In this document: positions 1 through 9,340 of the stretch, piece by piece
Layout of the letters: every line of letters begins with the position of its first letter
Numbering within the stretch: the first letter of the stretch is position 1
Assembly: GCA_002490425.1 (NCBI GenBank)
Contig: DKTZ01000035.1
Location: 12,024-76,023, forward strand
Direction: 5' to 3'
DNA length: 64,000 bases
Source: Ruminococcaceae bacterium UBA7217
GTDB taxonomy: Bacteria; Bacillota; Clostridia; Oscillospirales; Acutalibacteraceae
Translations under genes and position numbers: made by a program
Notes under the pieces: model-generated
Seen by the model: the letters and a program-made list of their open reading frames with translations, nothing else
Databases searched by the model: none
Told to the model about the DNA's origin: nothing

Positions 1-133
<133 letters not shown>

Positions 134-203
134 ATGCTAATGAATATTAAATTATGAAAAATGAATAATTTCAGTTGAAAATTATATGGACAGAAAGTCT
201 GTG

Positions 204-251
204 ATATGCGCCCCAAAAGTTATACAGCTTATGGAGGTGCATATTTTTTAT
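204..251 (+). terminator. possible intrinsic terminator after glmS
   Basis: ATATGCGCC (204-212) pairs with GGTGCATAT (236-244) with one G-U pair, followed by TTTTTTA. The loop is long (23 nt), so confidence is low. Confidence 0.3.
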
Positions 252-333
252 GGAAAAAAGAGTAAAAAAACAAAATTATATTTCGTAAAAATTCTCAAAA
301 AAATTCATCAAACCGCATCTTTCGACAAAATTC

Positions 334-347
334 TATAGACTATATAT
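334..347. repeat. TATAGACTATATAT motif, upstream copy (candidate operator)
   Basis: TATAGACTATA (334-344) is the perfect reverse complement of TATAGTCTATA (553-563). AGACTATATAT (337-347) recurs identically at 526-536. Confidence 0.5.
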
Positions 348-377
348 TGTACTATATCGCTGAAAGGATGTGAAAAT

Positions 378-545
378 ATGAAATATGAGTTAATACTAAA
401 AATATTGGCAGAGAAAAATAACTGCTCGCCCAAAGAAATTGAAGAGGAAATGATTAAAGCGTTACAGATTGCGATGGTTACTGCAACACCAAAATCTTTT
501 ATTACAACGGTTTCGCAGAAGGTAAAGACTATATATCATAATTAG
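378..545 (+). CDS. 55-aa protein resembling the last helices of the Spo0A C-terminal domain
   Basis: ATG at 378 follows GAAAGGA. The product is MKYELILKILAEKNNCSPKEIEEEMIKALQIAMVTATPKSFITTVSQKVKTIYHN. CSPKEIEEEMIKALQIAM parallels the Spo0A motif TTASRVERAIRHAIEVAW, and TPKSFITTVSQKV parallels KPTNSEFIAMVADKL. The ORF is below the 60-aa cutoff of the supplied track. Confidence 0.45.
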   Translation: MKYELILKILAEKNNCSPKEIEEEMIKALQIAMVTATPKSFITTVSQKVKTIYHN

Positions 546-563
546 TATATTTTATAGTCTATA
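526..563. promoter_or_regulatory. inverted repeat AGACTATA-N19-TATAGTCT between the mini-ORF and the XRE gene (candidate operator or hairpin)
   Basis: Read directly from the sequence. It shares its 11-nt core with the 334-347 copy. Confidence 0.4.
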
Positions 564-609
564 AAGCTTTGGAAAAATTAGTATCATACTTTTATTAGGA
601 GTGATACTT

Positions 610-852
610 ATGACTGTTTCCGAGGCGACACGGCTTAGAATTGAGGAGCTTTGCAACGAGAAAGGCATAAATTTTTGCCGACTTGCAACTGTTTGCGGTA
701 TTCCGTACACAACCGTTAAATCAATTATTTACAATCAAAGCAAAAATCCCGGAATTACCACTATCAAAAAAATTTGCGATGGACTTGATATTTCTATAAG
801 TGAATTTTTTGACACCGAAACATTCCGAAATCTCGAACAAGAGATTAAGTAA
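610..852 (+). CDS. XRE-family helix-turn-helix transcriptional regulator (80 aa)
   Basis: The HTH_3-like sequence is LRIEELCNEKGINFCRLATVCGIPYTTVKSIIYNQSKNPGITTIKKICDGLDISISEFF. The ATG at 610 lies 8 nt after AGGAG, whereas the track start at 601 is a GTG. Confidence 0.75.
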   Translation: MTVSEATRLRIEELCNEKGINFCRLATVCGIPYTTVKSIIYNQSKNPGITTIKKICDGLDISISEFFDTETFRNLEQEIK

Positions 853-856
853 AATA

Positions 857-881
857 GCGGCATTTTTGCCGTTTATTTTTT
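857..881 (+). terminator. intrinsic terminator after the XRE gene
   Basis: GCGGCA-TTTT-TGCCGT hairpin followed by TTATTTTTT. Confidence 0.5.
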
Positions 882-953
882 CTCCGCAATGATTAAATCC
901 GGCTTATAAAGTCCATAATAGTTTTGTACATAAAACAGCAAAGGAAGATTTGT

Positions 954-1721
954 GTGCAATACAGCAAAGTTGAAATCTGCGGAATAAATACATCTAAGCT
1001 TAAAGTATTAACTGAAAAGGAGAAAACTGACCTTCTTATAAAAGTCAAAAACGGCGACTCATATTCACGCCAAAAACTGATTGAGGGCAATTTACGGCTT
1101 GTGCTGTCGGTTGTTCAAAAATTCAGCGGCAGAGGTGAAAATCCCGACGACCTTTTTCAGGTTGGGTGCATAGGTTTAATTAAGTCAATAGATAATTTCG
1201 ACATTACGCAAAATGTTAAATTTTCAACCTATGCCGTGCCGATGATTATCGGCGAAATCAGGCGGTATTTACGTGACTACAACCCCATAAGAGTCAGTCG
1301 TTCGCTCCGTGACACAGCCTACCACGCAATGCAGGCAAAGGAACGAATACAAAATAATTTAGGCAGAGATGCTACTATAGAAGAGATTGCAAAAGAGCTG
1401 TCAATTAAGCCTACCGACGTTGTTTTGGCACTTGAGGCTATTGTCGAGCCGATGTCTCTCTATGAGCCTGTATATTCCGACGGCGGAGATACCATATACG
1501 TTATGGACCAGGTAGGCGGAGCGGAAAGCGATGACGATTGGCTCAATGAAATTTCAATAAAAGAAACCATCAAGCACTTGGGCGAGCGTGAAAAGCAAAT
1601 TCTGACTCTCAGGTTTATGCAGGGAAAAACGCAGATGGAGGTTGCTGAGGAAATCGGCATTTCTCAGGCACAGGTCAGCAGGCTCGAAAAAGGCGCACTG
1701 AAAAAAATCAAAGAAAATTAA
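954..1721 (+). CDS. sigG: sporulation sigma factor SigG
   Basis: Near-colinear with B. subtilis SigG as I recall it. Shared stretches include KVEICG-TSKL, GNLRLVLSV-Q-F, DDLFQVGCIGL-KSIDNFD, NVKFSTYAVPMIIGEIRRYLRD-NPIRVSRSLRD and GKTQMEVAEEIGISQAQVSRLEK. The likely start is the GTG at 954, 6 nt after AGGAAG, rather than the TTG at 924. Confidence 0.9.
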   Translation: MQYSKVEICGINTSKLKVLTEKEKTDLLIKVKNGDSYSRQKLIEGNLRLVLSVVQKFSGRGENPDDLFQVGCIGLIKSIDNFDITQNVKFSTYAVPMIIGEIRRYLRDYNPIRVSRSLRDTAYHAMQAKERIQNNLGRDATIEEIAKELSIKPTDVVLALEAIVEPMSLYEPVYSDGGDTIYVMDQVGGAESDDDWLNEISIKETIKHLGEREKQILTLRFMQGKTQMEVAEEIGISQAQVSRLEKGALKKIKEN

Positions 1722-1730
1722 TAAAAATTA

Positions 1731-1757
1731 AGAGGTGTGCACAACGCCTCTTTTTTT
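1731..1757 (+). terminator. intrinsic terminator after sigG
   Basis: AGAGGTG...CGCCTCT hairpin followed by TTTTTTT. Confidence 0.6.
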
Positions 1758-1795
1758 GCATATACTGTAATAAAACCAAGGGGGAAGACTTGTGT

Positions 1796-2101
1796 ATGAA
1801 CTGTTACATCACTGATTTAAACGAAAAAGAAGTTATAAATCTTTGCGACGGTGCAAGGCTTGGCAATGTTTGCGACGTTGAAGTGGATACCTGCTCAGGC
1901 TGTCTTGTTTCTATCATCATATACGGCAAAGGGAAATGCTTCGGTCTTTTAGGAAGGGAAAACGATATAAAAATATGCTGGAATGAAATCAAGGTTATCG
2001 GCGACGACACAATTCTTGTTGATATTAAACCGCCGAGGCGTGATGGCAGGCAATCGGGCGGTCTTCTTGACTCATTTCTAAAGAACGGACATAATGCTTG
2101 A
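1796..2101 (+). CDS. YlmC/YmxH-family sporulation protein (PRC-barrel)
   Basis: Family-typical sequence ITDLNEKEVINLCDGARLGNVCDVEVDTCSGCLVSIIIYGKGK...IKVIGDDTILVD. The ATG at 1796 lies 8 nt after AAGGGGGAAG. Confidence 0.8.
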   Translation: MNCYITDLNEKEVINLCDGARLGNVCDVEVDTCSGCLVSIIIYGKGKCFGLLGRENDIKICWNEIKVIGDDTILVDIKPPRRDGRQSGGLLDSFLKNGHNA

Positions 2102-2200
2102 AAAGCGGCAAATGATATGTTACAATAGCTTTATAAAGTTTTGCCGCTAATTTTATATTCGCTTCGTGCAAAACGGAATTTTAAAATTGAGGTGTGAAAA

Positions 2201-2587
2201 ATGGATAAAATCAGAGTTAAGCTTCATATCGGCGGAATCGATTACTATATCAATACTGATGAAACCCTTGAATATACTGTAGCTTTGGGAGACAAAATCA
2301 ACAAGCGTATGACGGAAATTCTCCGCAGTAATTCTTTAATTACTGTTAATCAGGCGGCTGTTTTAACTGCATTGGAAATTGCCGACGAGCTTGAAAAGGC
2401 AAACAGGACGGCTGATAATTTCCGTACACAGATAAGCGAATATCTTGAAGAGGCAACCAAAGCCAAGAACGAAAGAGATTATTACAAGCGTGAGCTTGAA
2501 CGTTACAAAACCGAAGTCAGCTTTAAAAATGACCAGATAAATCTTTTTGCGGGAACGAAAAATCAGAAAAACAATGAGAAAAAGTGA
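2201..2587 (+). CDS. zapA: cell division protein ZapA
   Basis: N-terminal ZapA-like sequence (KLHIGGIDYYINTDE...ALGDKINKRMTEI...NQAAVLTALEIADEL) followed by a coiled-coil tail. Confidence 0.7.
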   Translation: MDKIRVKLHIGGIDYYINTDETLEYTVALGDKINKRMTEILRSNSLITVNQAAVLTALEIADELEKANRTADNFRTQISEYLEEATKAKNERDYYKRELERYKTEVSFKNDQINLFAGTKNQKNNEKK

Positions 2588-4601
2588 GATTCTTGCTCCT
2601 GCAGGCAGCAGGGAAGCTTTAAAAGCCGCAGTTCTTTCAGGTGCTGACGCGGTATATTTCGGTGTGGGTAATTTTAATGCACGCAAAAATGCGGACAACT
2701 TTTCCACTGAAGAATTGAGCGAAACAATAAAATACTGTCATTCAAGGGGTGTTAAGGTACATATTACTCTTAACACCCTTATAAAAGATACGGAAATAGA
2801 CGAAGCAGCCGAAACGGTAAAAGCAATTTGCAATGCAGGTGCAGACGCTGTTATAGTGCAGGATTTAGGTGTGGCACGAATTGTAAGAACAGTTTGCCCC
2901 GATATAGCAATGCACGCAAGCACTCAAATGACGGTCGGCACAAAAGAGGGGTTACAGCTTTTAAAGAAAATGGGATTTTCCCGCGCGGTTCTCCCAAGAG
3001 AGCTGTCTCTTAATGAGATAAAAGCACTTGCCGAGGACTCGCCGATTGAACTCGAAATATTTGTTCACGGCGCACTTTGTATGTGCGTTTCGGGGCAGTG
3101 TCTTTTAAGCTCACTGCTCGGCTCACGAAGCGGTAACAGAGGGCTTTGCGCACAACCCTGCCGTCTGCCTTTTAAGGTGCTCGGCGGAACAGGACACGAT
3201 TTAAGCCTTAAGGATTTATCGCTGATAAATAATATAAAAGAGCTTTCGGATTTAGGTATAAGCTCATTTAAAATTGAGGGCAGAATGAAACGCCCCGAAT
3301 ATGTAAGCGCCGCAGTAACTGCTTGCAAAGCATCACTTCAGGGCAGTTATAGCGAAAATATGCAGACTGATTTACAAAATCTTTTTTCACGTTCAGGATT
3401 TACGGACGGATATTTTAAAGGCGAGCTTGGGCGAAATATGTTCGGCTACCGTGAAAAGGAAAATGTTCAGTCCGCTACCAAGGAGCTTTTAGACAAATAC
3501 GCTAAAATATATGAAAAAGAAAAGCCGAGATACAAGGTAAATTTTGATTTTCACGGAAAAATCGGTGAAAAGGCAGAGCTTACCGCCTGTTTTGAAAATA
3601 CAAGCGTAAATGTTTTCAGCGAAAACAAGTGTGAAGAGCCGCTAAACCGACCGATAAGCGTCGAGAGGATAAACGAGGCGCTCTTAAAATGTGGAGGCAC
3701 ACAGTTTGAGGCCGGCGAAATAAAGACAGATACAAATATTGATTATACCCTGCCCGTTTCGCAAATAAATCTTATGCGAAGATCGGCTATTGAGGTTTTA
3801 GCTGATAGAATCGGTGAAATTCCGTCAAGAAAAATATTCCCCTGCCCTATTCACACGGAAATTCCTGCCAAAAACGCAAATGAGATATATTGCAGATTTG
3901 ACAGTGCGGAAAAAGTTCCCGAAAATTTAGACGCAGACAAAATTTTTGTTCCGCTTAATACACCGAATGATGTTGTATTAAAATACGGCTATTCGGTGGA
4001 AATTCCTCACGGAATGTTCGGCAATGAAGATAAGGTTATTAAAATGCTGTCTGAATCCTCTGCCGAATATGCGTTTTGCCACACTCTTGACGCAGTGGCA
4101 ATTGCAAAAAAATGCGGCAAAAAAATTGTAGCGTCAAGCAGTATGAATATTTTAAATTCACTTTCGGCAGACGAGGCAAAAACGCTTGGAATTTCGGAAA
4201 TGATTTTGTCCTGTGAATGTGGTCTGGAGCGTGCAAATAAGCTTTCCGCACCGATTAAAAAAGGTGTTTTTGCATACGGCAGAATCCCGCTTATGCTCAC
4301 CCGCAACTGCCCCGTTAAAAACGGCAAGACCTGCGACGAATGTAATCGGCAAAGCAGTATAACGGACAGAAAAGGTATTTCATTCCCTGTGCGGTGCAAT
4401 ATGGGTTATTCAGAAATACTCAATTCCCGTCCCGTTTTTATGGCGGACAGGCTCGGTGAGATTAAAAACAGCGACTTTTTATTCTTTAATTTTACCGTTG
4501 AAACGAAAGACGAAGTAAATAAAATTATGGAGTCTTATTATAACGAAACGGGTCCCGACGGCGACTTTACCAGGGGACTTCTTTACAGAGGTGTTGAATA
4601 A
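2574..4601 (+). CDS. peptidase U32 family protein (collagenase-like, with C-terminal extension)
   Basis: MRKSEILAPAGSREALKAAVLSGADAVYFGV..., with the U32 signature region E-FVHGALC-C-SGQC-LSS...SGNRG-CAQPCR. The ATG at 2574 overlaps the end of zapA. Confidence 0.85.
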   Translation: MRKSEILAPAGSREALKAAVLSGADAVYFGVGNFNARKNADNFSTEELSETIKYCHSRGVKVHITLNTLIKDTEIDEAAETVKAICNAGADAVIVQDLGVARIVRTVCPDIAMHASTQMTVGTKEGLQLLKKMGFSRAVLPRELSLNEIKALAEDSPIELEIFVHGALCMCVSGQCLLSSLLGSRSGNRGLCAQPCRLPFKVLGGTGHDLSLKDLSLINNIKELSDLGISSFKIEGRMKRPEYVSAAVTACKASLQGSYSENMQTDLQNLFSRSGFTDGYFKGELGRNMFGYREKENVQSATKELLDKYAKIYEKEKPRYKVNFDFHGKIGEKAELTACFENTSVNVFSENKCEEPLNRPISVERINEALLKCGGTQFEAGEIKTDTNIDYTLPVSQINLMRRSAIEVLADRIGEIPSRKIFPCPIHTEIPAKNANEIYCRFDSAEKVPENLDADKIFVPLNTPNDVVLKYGYSVEIPHGMFGNEDKVIKMLSESSAEYAFCHTLDAVAIAKKCGKKIVASSSMNILNSLSADEAKTLGISEMILSCECGLERANKLSAPIKKGVFAYGRIPLMLTRNCPVKNGKTCDECNRQSSITDRKGISFPVRCNMGYSEILNSRPVFMADRLGEIKNSDFLFFNFTVETKDEVNKIMESYYNETGPDGDFTRGLLYRGVE

Positions 4602-5038
4602 TGGAGCTTAAAATCAAAAAAGTTAAAGAAGATGCAAAAATTCCCACAAGGGGGACTGACGGTGCGGCAGGCTTTGATCTTTACGCTTGCATTGATAAAC
4701 CCATAACACTGAATAAAGGCGACACAGCTTTAATTCCAACGGGCATTGCAATTGCAGTGCCCGAGGGTTATGCAGCGTTCATTCACTCACGCTCGGGGCT
4801 TAGCATTAAAAGAGGCATCTGCCTTTTAAATTCAGTAGGCGTTGTAGACAGCGATTACAGGGGTGAGGTGTGCGTTGGAGTTATCAAAGCGACAGACGAA
4901 CCTTATACAATAGAACCGTTTGAGCGAATCGCCCAAATGGTAATAAAGCAGGTGTGTATTCCCACGCTTGTTGAAACAGATGAGCTTGACGAAACAGACA
5001 GAGGCACCGGCGGCTTCGGTTCAACGGGGACGAAATAA
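4601..5038 (+). CDS. dut: dUTP diphosphatase
   Basis: PTRGTDGAAGFDLYA, SRSGL, G-VDSDYRGE and RGTGGFGSTG motifs. Confidence 0.92.
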   Translation: MELKIKKVKEDAKIPTRGTDGAAGFDLYACIDKPITLNKGDTALIPTGIAIAVPEGYAAFIHSRSGLSIKRGICLLNSVGVVDSDYRGEVCVGVIKATDEPYTIEPFERIAQMVIKQVCIPTLVETDELDETDRGTGGFGSTGTK

Positions 5039-5055
5039 GTAATCGAAAATTTTAA

Positions 5056-5093
5056 AGGCAGAGGTTTGCAATACGCTTTCCTCTGCCTTTTTG
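5056..5093. terminator. bidirectional terminator between dut (+) and the yabO-like gene (-)
   Basis: AGGCAGAGG (5056-5064) pairs with CCTCTGCCT (5080-5088). A T-run follows on the plus strand and an A-run precedes it. Confidence 0.6.
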
Positions 5094-5115
5094 CTTTTGT
5101 ATTTGAAATTATTCT

Positions 5116-5358
5116 TTATTTTATTTCCTCATACATTTCCGAGGCGGTTTGCTTTGTGGCGTATTCGGTGACATTCAGCACACGGTAACGGCTGATTTTT
5201 TCACCAAAACGGATTTCAAGAATATCGCCCATTTTCACATCGTAGGACGCTTTAACGGTCTTTCCGTTTGCGGTAACGTGTCCTGCGTCGCAAACCTCAT
5301 TCGCAACGGTACGCCGTTTTATTATTCGTGAAACCTTTAAAAATTTATCTAATCTCAT
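5116..5358 (-). CDS. RNA-binding S4 domain protein (YabO/Hsp15-like)
   Basis: MRLDKFLKVSRIIKRRTVANEVCDAGHVTANGKTVKASYDVKMGDILEI is a typical S4 fold sequence. Its position next to hup and mazG matches Bacillus yabN-yabO synteny. Confidence 0.8.
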   Translation of the reverse strand: MRLDKFLKVSRIIKRRTVANEVCDAGHVTANGKTVKASYDVKMGDILEIRFGEKISRYRVLNVTEYATKQTASEMYEEIK

Positions 5359-5400
5359 ATTTTCTTACAGCACGGTGTTAGCCTGTGCCGTCCTTTCCTA

Positions 5401-5431
5401 TAAAAAGAAACGGGGAGCTTTAAGCCCCCCG
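5401..5431 (-). terminator. intrinsic terminator after hup
   Basis: The minus strand reads CGGGGGG-CTTAAAG-CTCCCCG followed by TTTCTTTTT. Confidence 0.55.
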
Positions 5432-5447
5432 AACTTTCAAAAGTAAA

Positions 5448-5720
5448 TTATTTAACAGCTGCTTTAAGAGCTGCACCTGCTTTGAATGCAGGAACCTTTG
5501 TTGCGGGAACTTTGATTGTCTCGCCTGTTCTGGGGTTGCGAGCCTCTTTTGCTGCACGCTCTCTAACTTCAAATGTACCGAAACCGATAAGTTGAATCTT
5601 GTCGCCTGCCTTAAGAGCATCTGTAACTGCATCGATAACTGCTGCTACTGCCTTGTCAGCGTCTTTCTTTGAAATTTCTGCTTTTGCAGCAACTGCTGCT
5701 ACGAGTTCTGTCTTATTCAT
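5448..5720 (-). CDS. hup: HU family DNA-binding protein
   Basis: MNKTELVAAVA...GFGTFEVRERAAKEARNPRTGETIKVPATKVPAFKAGAALK. The ATG at 5720 is preceded by GGAGGAA. Confidence 0.93.
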   Translation of the reverse strand: MNKTELVAAVAAKAEISKKDADKAVAAVIDAVTDALKAGDKIQLIGFGTFEVRERAAKEARNPRTGETIKVPATKVPAFKAGAALKAAVK

Positions 5721-5764
5721 TGTGATTTCCTCCAATAAATTTTCTTAATTTATCTCCTAAAGGA

Positions 5765-6592
5765 TTACTCCTTTTTTGAAGCCTTTGCTATTTCCCAAAG
5801 CTTGTCCAATTCGCTTATATCGGTATTCTTCATATCAATATTTCGCTCTGCGGCAAGCTTTTCAACAACTGAAAACCGTTCAATAAACTTGTCCGTCGCT
5901 TTGGTTAAACACTCTTCGCTGTCACATCCGATAAAACGGGAAACATTGACAACCGAGAAAAGTAAATCGCCGAACTCTTCTTCAATGTCCTTTTGCTCGC
6001 CGCTGTTTACAGCCGCTTTAAGCTCCGTAAGCTCTTCTGCAACCTTATCATAAGCGCCGTCTGCACTGTCCCAGTCAAAGCCTACTTTGCGTGCCTTTTT
6101 CTGAACCTTGTCCGCACGCATAAGAGCGGGAAACTCACGGGGAATTGCAAGCATTGAATCAGTCTGCGTTTTTTGATTTTTGGAATTTTTCTTAATAGCG
6201 TCCCAGTTAGTGAGTACCTCACCTGTGGAGCTGACTGTCACGTCACCGAAAACATGAGGGTGGCGCTCAATAAGCTTTTTGCAAATTCCGTCGCAGACAT
6301 CGTCAATATTAAACACGCCCTTTTCGGTTTCCATTTCGGAATGAAGCGTTACCTGCAAAAGAACGTCGCCAAGCTCTTCACAGAGCATTTCGGGACTTTG
6401 TTTATTTATCGCCTCAATAACCTCATAGGTTTCTTCAATAAAATCACGGCGAATACTTTTATGAGTCTGCTCCCTGTTCCACGGACAACCGCCGGGAGAA
6501 CGGAGAAGATGCGTAATGTAAACTAAATCGTCAAAATTGTACCTGTCTTTAAAAACAAAACCGTCTACCATTTGCGCACTCCTTAAAGGCAT
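5765..6592 (-). CDS. mazG: nucleoside triphosphate pyrophosphohydrolase MazG (tandem MazG domains)
   Basis: LRSPGGCPWNREQTHKSIRRDFIEETYEVIEAI, EELGDVLLQV, RHPHVF, and second-domain motifs EEFGDLLFSVVN. The start could instead be the internal ATG at 6571. Confidence 0.88.
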   Translation of the reverse strand: MPLRSAQMVDGFVFKDRYNFDDLVYITHLLRSPGGCPWNREQTHKSIRRDFIEETYEVIEAINKQSPEMLCEELGDVLLQVTLHSEMETEKGVFNIDDVCDGICKKLIERHPHVFGDVTVSSTGEVLTNWDAIKKNSKNQKTQTDSMLAIPREFPALMRADKVQKKARKVGFDWDSADGAYDKVAEELTELKAAVNSGEQKDIEEEFGDLLFSVVNVSRFIGCDSEECLTKATDKFIERFSVVEKLAAERNIDMKNTDISELDKLWEIAKASKKE

Positions 6593-6613
6593 GGAAAGCC
6601 TTATGTATATATA

Positions 6614-8401
6614 TTACCCTATAAATCCATATTTTGCAAGCACTTTTGCTATTTTTTCTCCTTTTGGGAGCATAATTACATCATCTTTTGCAATTCCTTT
6701 GACGAAAAGCATCGAAATTACATAGACAACTCCGCCCACAGCAATTGCAAGACCTAAACAAAGTATTGCTTTAAGGGAATGACCTGCAAGTGATAATTCG
6801 GGGATAAACCTGTTGCAGACAGCAAACGAGGTGTATGCGCCGAGTCCGCAAAGGAGTCCGCAAAAAGTAGGCTTTACGAAAACAGAGACAAAATTTATTC
6901 GTACTCTTGTGTATTTAATAAGTGCAAAAAGATTGATTGTATCAATAATTATATAGCAAACTACTGTACCGATTACTGCGCCGTTAACATTCATTTTCGG
7001 AATTGCAACGAGGACAAAATTCAAAATCACCTTTACGAGTGCACCTACAGAAAGAGAAATTATGGGTACATTCGTTTTTTCGATAGCCTGAAGCATATTG
7101 GTCATAGGCTGTGAAAGGGCTATCAGGAAAACCGTTGCGCCGTAAGCCGCCATTACGGGGGCCGCTATCGGAATTGAAGACGCCGCCGTGCCGCCGCCGT
7201 AGAAAATTGCAAGAATTGGCTGAGCGAGCACTGCCATACCTATTCCGCAGGGCATTGCTACGAGCATTGTAACCCGAAGTACAGATTCGATTGAAGTTTT
7301 TATCTGGCGTTTGTTTCTCATTGCCCATGCCGCCGAAATTGCCGGGATTGCACTGACACCGAGAGTCAGCGTTATTGACGGAATAAGGTTTTTGAAATCC
7401 ACTGACAAAGAATATGCGCCGTAAAGGAAATCCTTTACATCCGCGTCCAAAACTCCCTGAAGCTCCGCTGAATAAAGCGAACGTATAAATGAAAGATTTT
7501 TTGACACAACATATTCCAATCGGTTCTGTATTGTAACCGCATCAATAACATTGGTTATGCTGAAAACAAGGGAACTGAAAATTACGGGGATTGAAAAGCT
7601 TACAAGCTTTCCTGAAATAGCTGAAGATTTTGCAGGTCTGGGAGATGCCGCAAGCTCAGCCTTTGTAATCCCGTCGCCCTTTATTTTGCCTAAAATTACA
7701 AGGTAAATCATACCGAGAACCGTGCCGAGTGTAACACCTGCGGTAGCACCCGCCGCCGCATAAGGGTAAATTCGGCTAAGTGCTTCCGTTTCAGTTGCTG
7801 CAACCTCCCCGAATACGGAAAGACCTGCATTAAATCTTGAATAGCCGTAGCTGATTACCGCTTTTGAACAAATAATACCGAAAATAAGCTTTCCGAGCGC
7901 CTCAAGAACCTGCGAAACCGCAGTGGGAGTCATATTGCGAAGTCCGTTGTAATAGCCTCGGTAAATTGACATTATACAGCAGAAGAAAATTGACGGCCCG
8001 ATTATTATAAGAGAGGGAATTGCCTCAGTTGTTTTTATTGAAAGGGCATAAGGGTACATAAGAAGGAAGATTAACAGCGTACCTACGATACCCATCATTA
8101 AAAACAGTCTTTTTGACACCTTGTGAATAAGCTTTACATCACGGAAACGCCCCAGCGCCATTTCCTCAGACACCATTTTTGAAACAGCAACGGGCAGCCC
8201 TGCCATTGAAATGGTGTAAATCGGGACATAAAGACTGTACGCCGAGTCAAAATAACCCCTGCCTATTGTACCAATCATATTGGTAAGCGGTATTTTGTAA
8301 ATAACACCTATAATTTTAACAATTATGGTTGAAAGACTAAGCACAAGCGCACCGTTAAGCAGCGACTGACTTTTTCTTTGTTTATTTGCCATTTTCTTCA
8401 C
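6614..8401 (-). CDS. MOP-superfamily flippase, SpoVB/YabM-like polysaccharide biosynthesis protein
   Basis: 595 aa and polytopic (about 14 hydrophobic segments). It sits next to mazG as yabM/spoVB does in Bacilli. Confidence 0.7.
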   Translation of the reverse strand: MKKMANKQRKSQSLLNGALVLSLSTIIVKIIGVIYKIPLTNMIGTIGRGYFDSAYSLYVPIYTISMAGLPVAVSKMVSEEMALGRFRDVKLIHKVSKRLFLMMGIVGTLLIFLLMYPYALSIKTTEAIPSLIIIGPSIFFCCIMSIYRGYYNGLRNMTPTAVSQVLEALGKLIFGIICSKAVISYGYSRFNAGLSVFGEVAATETEALSRIYPYAAAGATAGVTLGTVLGMIYLVILGKIKGDGITKAELAASPRPAKSSAISGKLVSFSIPVIFSSLVFSITNVIDAVTIQNRLEYVVSKNLSFIRSLYSAELQGVLDADVKDFLYGAYSLSVDFKNLIPSITLTLGVSAIPAISAAWAMRNKRQIKTSIESVLRVTMLVAMPCGIGMAVLAQPILAIFYGGGTAASSIPIAAPVMAAYGATVFLIALSQPMTNMLQAIEKTNVPIISLSVGALVKVILNFVLVAIPKMNVNGAVIGTVVCYIIIDTINLFALIKYTRVRINFVSVFVKPTFCGLLCGLGAYTSFAVCNRFIPELSLAGHSLKAILCLGLAIAVGGVVYVISMLFVKGIAKDDVIMLPKGEKIAKVLAKYGFIG

Positions 8402-8404
8402 CTC

Positions 8405-9325
8405 TCAGCCTAAAAACTCACGAAGAAGAGAACCTTTAGGAACTTGTGTCTCGTCAATATCTTCAAATTTATTAAGTGCGTCACGAAGCCTTTGAACATC
8501 GTATGCAAAATCGTCGGAAATTTCGCTTTGAAGAATCTCCAACGCCTGTTTTTTCAAAACACATGGCTCGTAAAGGTGCACTGTATTTATTTTTATGTCC
8601 GCATTGTCTCTGTACGGAAACAAATATTTATCCTCACCGTAGGTAACATTTCTCCAAAGAGAATATGTGTAATCTGCCGAGCTTCCTCTGAATTTAAAAT
8701 CACGCACCAATCGCCTTACAAAGCGCAGATTTCTTTTATTAAGAATTATTTTACCCTTTTGATTGTAAATTCTTGATGAAACGCTGATATATATTTTAAA
8801 AAGATTTCCGCTGATTTTATCGGTAATAATCGGGTTTAATGCGTGAAGTCCCTCAATAATGACAACATCCTTTGAGCCTAATGTTATTTCGTTATATTCG
8901 TTTTGTTTTCGTGTACCCGTTACGAAATCAAAAATCGGCGTTTTAACGGTTTCGCCCCGTAAAAGAGCATTTACGATTTCGGTAAAATAATCCAAATCAA
9001 GAGCATAAACCGTTTCAAAATCTCTTGTACCGTCGGGTAAAAGCGGAATATCGTCACGGTTAAGGTAAAAATCGTCAAGGCTCAAAACAAATGTATGCAC
9101 GCCGTTTTTCTTACATTCCTCGCTGATTTTTCTTGCGGTGGTGGTTTTTCCCGATGATGACGGCCCTGCAAGCATTACAACCTGTCTTTCACCCTTGTCG
9201 CATATTGTTTTTGACACAGACGCAATAATATTGCTGTACCTACTCTCGCATTTTTCAATAAACTCCTGCGGATTTAATTTTGCTTCTCCGTTTATATATT
9301 CAATTTCATTTGTAAGTTTTGCCAT
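8405..9325 (-). CDS. uridine kinase/phosphoribulokinase-family nucleoside kinase-like protein
   Basis: P-loop LAGPSSSGKTTTARKI, then LSLDDFY and VIIEGLHALNP, characteristic of PRK/uridine kinase family proteins. Confidence 0.7.
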   Translation of the reverse strand: MAKLTNEIEYINGEAKLNPQEFIEKCESRYSNIIASVSKTICDKGERQVVMLAGPSSSGKTTTARKISEECKKNGVHTFVLSLDDFYLNRDDIPLLPDGTRDFETVYALDLDYFTEIVNALLRGETVKTPIFDFVTGTRKQNEYNEITLGSKDVVIIEGLHALNPIITDKISGNLFKIYISVSSRIYNQKGKIILNKRNLRFVRRLVRDFKFRGSSADYTYSLWRNVTYGEDKYLFPYRDNADIKINTVHLYEPCVLKKQALEILQSEISDDFAYDVQRLRDALNKFEDIDETQVPKGSLLREFLG

Positions 9326-9340
9326 ATCTACTCTCCACTT

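Noticed and set aside
134-900. Whether the XRE regulator plus the small ORF with flanking inverted repeats marks a prophage or integrative-element boundary.
   Set aside because: There are no integrase, recombinase, structural or replication genes, and no att-like long direct repeats. The neighbouring genes (glmS, sigG) are core chromosome.
860-953. A sigmaF/sigmaG-type forespore promoter upstream of sigG, with CATAATA at 914-920.
   Set aside because: No acceptable -35 element (GHATR) lies at the required 17-18-nt spacing, so I cannot support the call from sequence alone.
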